A stretch of 36,935 nucleotides of DNA. It comes from Acidobacteriaceae bacterium (lineage in GTDB: Bacteria; Acidobacteriota; Terriglobia; Terriglobales; Acidobacteriaceae). The stretch lies in contig JBAVUB010000592.1 of the NCBI GenBank assembly GCA_049696575.1, forward strand, positions 1 to 36,935, written 5' to 3'. Made by a program: the position numbers and the translations under genes. Below the pieces are notes generated by a model. It made no database searches and was not told where the DNA came from. It saw only the letters and a list, made by a program, of their open reading frames with translations. Positions 32,709 through 36,935 of the stretch are shown in pieces; position 1 is the stretch's first letter; every line of letters starts with the position of its first letter.

Positions 32709-34316
32709 ATGGATGGTTTGAAGAAGCTCGCCCTGGCGGTGATCGCTTTAGTGGCTGTGCCCCAGTTGTTCTCACAGGCCGGCGCAGTCGGCACCGATTC
32801 AGGCAAATTGCAGGGCGTTACGCAGGGGTCTGTCGAATCATTCAAGGGTGTGCCGTTTGCCACGCCTCCCGTGGGCGAACTGCGTTGGCGCGCTCCGCAG
32901 CCTGTGCAGCCGTGGTCCGATGTTCGGCAAGCCAACGCCTACTCCGCGGATTGCATGCAGGTGCCATTCCCGAGCGATGCTGCGCCGCTCGGCACCAGGC
33001 CGGCAGAAGTTTGCCTTTATCTGAACGTGTGGCGTCCCGCCGGCACGAAAGCCGGCGCGAAGCTGCCGGTCATGTTCTGGATCTACGGTGGGGGCTTTGT
33101 CAATGGAGGCAGCTCGCCCGCGGTGTATGACGGCAGCAAGTTCGCTGAAAAGGGCGTGGTCTTTGTGAGCGCCAACTATCGCCTTGGCCGCTTCGGCTTC
33201 TTTGCGTTTCCTGAGCTCACCAGGGAGAACGCCGACGGGATGGTCGGCAACTACGGCTTCATGGACCAGATCGCCGCGTTGAAGTGGGTTCAAAAGAACA
33301 TCAGCGCGCTCGGCGGTGACCCCGCCAATGTGACCGTATTTGGCGAGTCTGCAGGCGGATTCTCGGTAAGCATGTTGCTCACGTCTCCGCTGTCGCAGGG
33401 CTTGTTCTCGAAAGCGATCATTGAGTCCGGCGGGGGCCGCACCAACCTTGGCGGAGAGCGCTACCTCAACACGGCCCTGCCGAACGGGCCGGCCTCAGCT
33501 GAATCGATCGGCATCGAGTTCGCACGCAGCGTGGGAGTGGATGGAACCGACAAGGACGCGCTGGAGACGTTGCGTGGTCTGTCCGCCGAGAAGGTACTTG
33601 GCAATCTCAACATGGCAACCATGAATCAACCCGGATATGCAGGCCCCTTTATCGACGGCCGCGTGGTCCTGTCCGATCCGCAATCCGTCTACCTGTCCGG
33701 CGCCGGTTGGCATGTCCCACTAATGATCGGGACCAACAGCCTGGATATCGGCTTCGGATTTGCGCGCGATAAGGAAGAGCTGTTCGCGCCATTCGGTGCT
33801 GATCGCGAGAAAGCGATCGCCGCCTACGATCCAACGGGAAATGGCGATTTGCGCGTCGTCCAATACCGGGTCTCCATGGATCGATTCATGGTTGAACCAG
33901 CTCGTTTCGTGGCGAGCATATTCGCTTCGGAAGGCGTCCCGGCCTACGAGTACAGGTTTTCCTACGTGGCGAAGTCCATGCGCAGCAAATGGCCGGGCGC
34001 GCCCCATGCCACTGAAATTCCTTTTGTCTTCGATACCGTGCAGGCGAAGTATGGAAGCGAGCTCGCGCCCGAGGATGAAAAGATCGCACAGGCGATATTG
34101 AGTTACTGGGTATCATTCGCCAAAACCGGCGATCCGAGCACCGGCAACACGCCGGCGTGGCCGCGGTACTCGCCCGCAACCGACATGCTGATGGATTTCA
34201 CCGAGAACGGTCCGGTAGCCGGAAAGGATCCACTGAAAGGAAGGCTCGATGTTACGGCTGCCTATGTGACCAGCTCAGCTCCTGCGCCGGCGCCCAGACT
34301 TCCGGCCCGTCCATAA
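32709..34316 (+). CDS. Type-B carboxylesterase/lipase family protein, secreted
   Basis: 535 aa. An SD (GGAGG) and a signal peptide are present. Motifs: FKGVPFATPPVGELRWRAPQP, VMFWIYGGGFVNG and the nucleophile elbow VFGESAGG. Confidence 0.92.
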   Translation: MDGLKKLALAVIALVAVPQLFSQAGAVGTDSGKLQGVTQGSVESFKGVPFATPPVGELRWRAPQPVQPWSDVRQANAYSADCMQVPFPSDAAPLGTRPAEVCLYLNVWRPAGTKAGAKLPVMFWIYGGGFVNGGSSPAVYDGSKFAEKGVVFVSANYRLGRFGFFAFPELTRENADGMVGNYGFMDQIAALKWVQKNISALGGDPANVTVFGESAGGFSVSMLLTSPLSQGLFSKAIIESGGGRTNLGGERYLNTALPNGPASAESIGIEFARSVGVDGTDKDALETLRGLSAEKVLGNLNMATMNQPGYAGPFIDGRVVLSDPQSVYLSGAGWHVPLMIGTNSLDIGFGFARDKEELFAPFGADREKAIAAYDPTGNGDLRVVQYRVSMDRFMVEPARFVASIFASEGVPAYEYRFSYVAKSMRSKWPGAPHATEIPFVFDTVQAKYGSELAPEDEKIAQAILSYWVSFAKTGDPSTGNTPAWPRYSPATDMLMDFTENGPVAGKDPLKGRLDVTAAYVTSSAPAPAPRLPARP

Positions 34317-34600
34317 TTGCGTGGCCAGGATAAACGCTTCAATACGGGGCCCTGAGCCACCGTGCGCAGTAGCGAACAATCGCGGCTACGTCTCTGACCC
34401 CAATCCCTCTCGACATTTCGCCGGGATCAATCCCATAGCCGACAACCTGCGCCTCATCGCGGATACAACTGAGGAAGCGGTGCAACCTGCGAATAAAGCG
34501 ATTTATATGCGTTGCCGGTGCAGCTCGGGAGTCGTTATAGTCGAGGGTTCCGCGGACCTTAGCAGCTCGTGGCGTGCAAACTTCCTGAAAGGCAGTTTCA

Positions 34601-36154
34601 ATGAGGTACTCAGAGATCGGGATCCTCGTGCTGGTGGCATGTTCGATTGCGACACAGGCGCAATCGAAATCATCGAACCGCCGCGCCGACCTGAAGAGCG
34701 CAACGCTCGCCGGAGTCGAGATCACGAATTCCGAGCCGGTTCCGGCGGGGAAAACTATTGCGCCTGCCTATCCGGGCGCATCAGCCGTCGGACCCCTCCC
34801 TGCACATTGCCGCATTGACGGCGTGATTAATCGCCGCAAGGGGTCTGATGGCGAGGAATTCGGCATCGGGTTTTCGATAGCTCTTCCGGAGCCGAGTGCC
34901 TGGAACGGAGACTTCCTGATGCAGGGCGGCGGAGGCGGCAACGGTGTGGTGGCGTACCCGGCCGGGGCAAGCTTCACAGGAGACAAACCGGCGCTCTCTC
35001 GCGGCTTCGCCGTTGCAAGCACGGACTCCGGACATAAGGCGAAGACGGGCGGCTTCGATTTCACCTTCATGCGCGACGAGCAGGCTTATCTGGACTTCGC
35101 ATACATGGCAAACGCGGAGGTCGCGGGGGTCGACAAACAAATCATTGACCGCTATTACGCGAAGCCTGCGGCCTACTCCTATTTCGTCGGGTGCTCCACC
35201 GGCGGGCGAGAGGGGATGATCCTGTCGCAGCGGTTTCCCGCGGTGTTCAACGGGATTGTCTCAGGCGATCCGGCGATGCGGACAGGCCTGTCGAACCTCG
35301 CGATTGCACAATGGATTCCTGTGGCCTACAACCAGGCGTCGCCAAAGGACGCGTCCGGTAAGCCGGAGATCGACAAGTTTCTGACTCAGAAGAATCGCAA
35401 GGTCTTTATGGACGGCCTGATGAAGCAGTGCGACGCGCGCGATGGCGTGGCGGACGGCATGATCTTCGATCCAATGGGGTGCGATTTCGATCCTGCGGTG
35501 CTCGCATGTAAATCTGGGCAGACCGACACGTGCATCGCGCCTGAAAAGATTGCGGCGATCAAGAAAGCGTTTTCAGGGCCAAGGAATGCTTACGGAACAC
35601 AGGTCTACCCTGGCTTCCTTTACGACACGGGTATTGCTTCAAATGCCGGCATACCCGGATTGCTGGTGCTAGGCAAGAATGGGCTATTTGGCCCGTATAC
35701 CACCGCTACCGAACTCGACGTGGATGCCGCGGCGCTGCACGCGTCGGATCCGCTCGTTGAGCCGGCCTCGACGAACCTGTCTGCGTTCTCGCAGAGCGGC
35801 GGAAAGCTGATCTTCTTCCACGGCGACAGCGATCCGTGGTTCTCGCCGCTCGACACGCTCCGATACTACAAGTCCATGGCCGCAACCAACGGCGGAGCAG
35901 ACGAGGTGGCCGAGTGGAGCCGGATGTTCCTTGTGCCGGGAATGTCTCACTGCGGAGGCGGCCCGTCTCTGGACCACTTCGACATGCTCAGCGCACTCGT
36001 TGGGTGGGTTGAGAAGGGCGCGGCGCCCGAGTCGGTGGTTGCCACCGGCACCGCGTTTCCCGGACGCAGCCGCCCGCTATGCGCCTATCCCAAACACGCG
36101 CAGTACATCGGAAGCGGAGACACGCAGGACGCCCGAAACTTCGAGTGCCGATAA
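34601..36154 (+). CDS. Tannase/feruloyl esterase family protein, secreted
   Basis: 517 aa with a signal peptide. Motifs: WNGDFLMQGGGGGNG, the nucleophile motif FVGCSTGGREG, and the C-terminal PLCAYPKHAQYIGSGDTQDARNFEC. Confidence 0.87.
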   Translation: MRYSEIGILVLVACSIATQAQSKSSNRRADLKSATLAGVEITNSEPVPAGKTIAPAYPGASAVGPLPAHCRIDGVINRRKGSDGEEFGIGFSIALPEPSAWNGDFLMQGGGGGNGVVAYPAGASFTGDKPALSRGFAVASTDSGHKAKTGGFDFTFMRDEQAYLDFAYMANAEVAGVDKQIIDRYYAKPAAYSYFVGCSTGGREGMILSQRFPAVFNGIVSGDPAMRTGLSNLAIAQWIPVAYNQASPKDASGKPEIDKFLTQKNRKVFMDGLMKQCDARDGVADGMIFDPMGCDFDPAVLACKSGQTDTCIAPEKIAAIKKAFSGPRNAYGTQVYPGFLYDTGIASNAGIPGLLVLGKNGLFGPYTTATELDVDAAALHASDPLVEPASTNLSAFSQSGGKLIFFHGDSDPWFSPLDTLRYYKSMAATNGGADEVAEWSRMFLVPGMSHCGGGPSLDHFDMLSALVGWVEKGAAPESVVATGTAFPGRSRPLCAYPKHAQYIGSGDTQDARNFECR

Positions 36155-36249
36155 AGACAACAATCCCAGAGAGAGGTTTGCGTTCATGGTTCATTGTTCC
36201 GTTCGACGGGCAGCGGTTGCCTGCCAGCAACACCGCTTCGGACAGATAG

Positions 36250-36570
36250 GATTGGGCGCAGCAGGGCTACAAAGGCTACGGCGTGATGGTTTGGTATCGG
36301 TTTCAGGTCATCGTTCCGGCCGGGCTGGATCATGTCTCTCTGAACCTTCCCCAAATCATGACCTGCTATGACGTCTATGCCGACGGAAAGCTGATTGGGA
36401 GGTTCGGCAAGATGCCGCCCAACAGGATGCCCTACCTGGGAGGCGCGCTCCACCCAATCTATGACCTACCCCTGGGGCGCGGTGCAGGAACGAAGGTGGA
36501 GGTTGCGCTGCGCGTGTGGCACTGGCCGGGCTGGGCGATGTACGGTGGCATCCACGCTTCATGTCCCTGA
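36250..36570 (+). pseudogene. Internal fragment of a galactose-binding-domain-like sensor/hydrolase ectodomain (7TMR-DISMED2 / GH2-N-like)
   Basis: The open frame starts right after an in-frame TAG at 36247: DWAQQGYKGYGVMVWYRFQVIVPAGLDHVSLNLPQIMTCYDVYADGKLIGRFGKMPP...VEVALRVWHW. It has no signal peptide or N-terminus and stops after about 105 codons. Confidence 0.4.
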
Positions 36571-36775
36571 ACGCTTCGACCGCGCGATCCGAAGCCCAGT
36601 GGTAATGAGGAAACGGGACCTCTTCGATATACGATTTTGAGCGCTGGTAGTCGGCGTCAGTCGGCGGCAGGCGATGCTCGATCGGGGTCTCTTCGCCCTG
36701 AGCCCAACCGCCGAGCGGGAAAGTGGAACGGAGAGATGCGGCTCCTGCGGTAACAAAAAATTCCCGACGATTCAC
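36556..36775 (-). pseudogene. N-terminal stump of a Tat-exported enzyme (possibly GH29 fucosidase-like)
   Basis: A GTG start has a strong SD (AAGGAG 6 nt upstream). The Tat signal is MNRREFFVTAGAASL, followed by ...PFPHYHWASDRAVEAFRDMK. Beyond about codon 73 the track ORF 36356..36775 becomes Arg/Ala/Ser-rich read-through over the opposite fragment. Confidence 0.4.
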
Positions 36776-36808
36776 GATTTCTCCTTTGCAGGCAAATAGC
36801 TAAGCTGT

Positions 36809-36935
36809 CCCAGCCACAGTCGCGTGTGAATTGGTTCAGGAATGGCGCTGCTTAGACCGAAGACACCCCGTTCGCTCATACCATTATGAGGGTCGAAATT
36901 CATCCGCAGGGCGGCCGTGCCGCACGCCTGAAATC
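36809..36935. repeat. Terminal direct repeat, copy 2 (identical to 1..127)
   Basis: Base-by-base comparison with 1..127 found no mismatch. Confidence 0.97.

Noticed and set aside
34339-34725. 128-aa minus-strand ORF across the carboxylesterase-tannase spacer.
   Set aside because: It overlaps the well-supported tannase start and signal peptide, and I recognise no family. It is likely spurious, though the 284-bp spacer could hide a decayed remnant.
36761-36790. Direct repeat ACGATT-C-ACGATT and a GAAATCG half-site near the stump start codon, as a possible fifth operator.
   Set aside because: It is not palindromic, it overlaps the SD and start codon, and it shares only a 7-8-nt half-site.
1-36935. 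Search for CRISPR arrays, IS elements, integrases, toxin-antitoxin pairs, phage or conjugation genes, rRNA genes and riboswitch-like leaders.
   Set aside because: No regularly spaced repeats, terminal inverted repeats or transposase, recombinase or structural gene signatures were seen in any frame. This was done by eye only, so small or highly divergent elements could have been missed.

Overview
GC-rich bacterial DNA. The gene content looks like Acidobacteriota, which is an inference from several features: giant TonB-dependent receptors with a CarboxypepD_reg domain, CRTAC1-type FG-GAP/ASPIC-UnbV proteins, many TPR proteins and many Tat signals. No tools were run; every call comes from reading the ORF translations and the DNA by eye.

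Layout:
(i) 128..1257 holds gene remnants.
(ii) 1258..5100 (-) is a GH27 alpha-galactosidase plus GH2 beta-galactosidase pair.
(iii) 5372..9745 (+) is an uncharacterised module: a Tat-exported DUF1501/alkaline-phosphatase-like protein (A1), a signal-less unknown protein (B1), and a CarboxypepD_reg-TPR protein (TPR1).
(iv) 9770..19729 (-) is a translationally coupled four-gene operon. It encodes a 1278-aa FG-GAP/ASPIC + cysteine-less thioredoxin-fold + TPR protein, an 849-aa TPR protein and two CRTAC1-like proteins.
(v) 20199..28126 (+) is a second, diverged copy of the module with an added outer-membrane receptor: TBDR, TPR2, A2, B2.
(vi) 28127..28577 holds two convergent N-terminal gene stumps.
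(vii) 28578..32602 is an AtuA(DUF1446)/small subunit/CitMHS permease cassette with a divergent LysR regulator.
(viii) 32709..36154 encodes a type-B carboxylesterase and a tannase/feruloyl esterase.
(ix) 36155..36808 holds more gene stumps.

The first and last 127 nt are identical. The window therefore closes into a 36,808-bp circle, or it reflects a repeat or assembly artefact. No replication, partition, conjugation, integrase, transposase, phage, CRISPR, rRNA or convincing tRNA feature was seen.

The best candidate for an undescribed system is the duplicated TPR + A + B module, once with a TBDR, flanking the FG-GAP/TPR operon. A LacI-type operator motif appears to tie it to the galactosidase genes.
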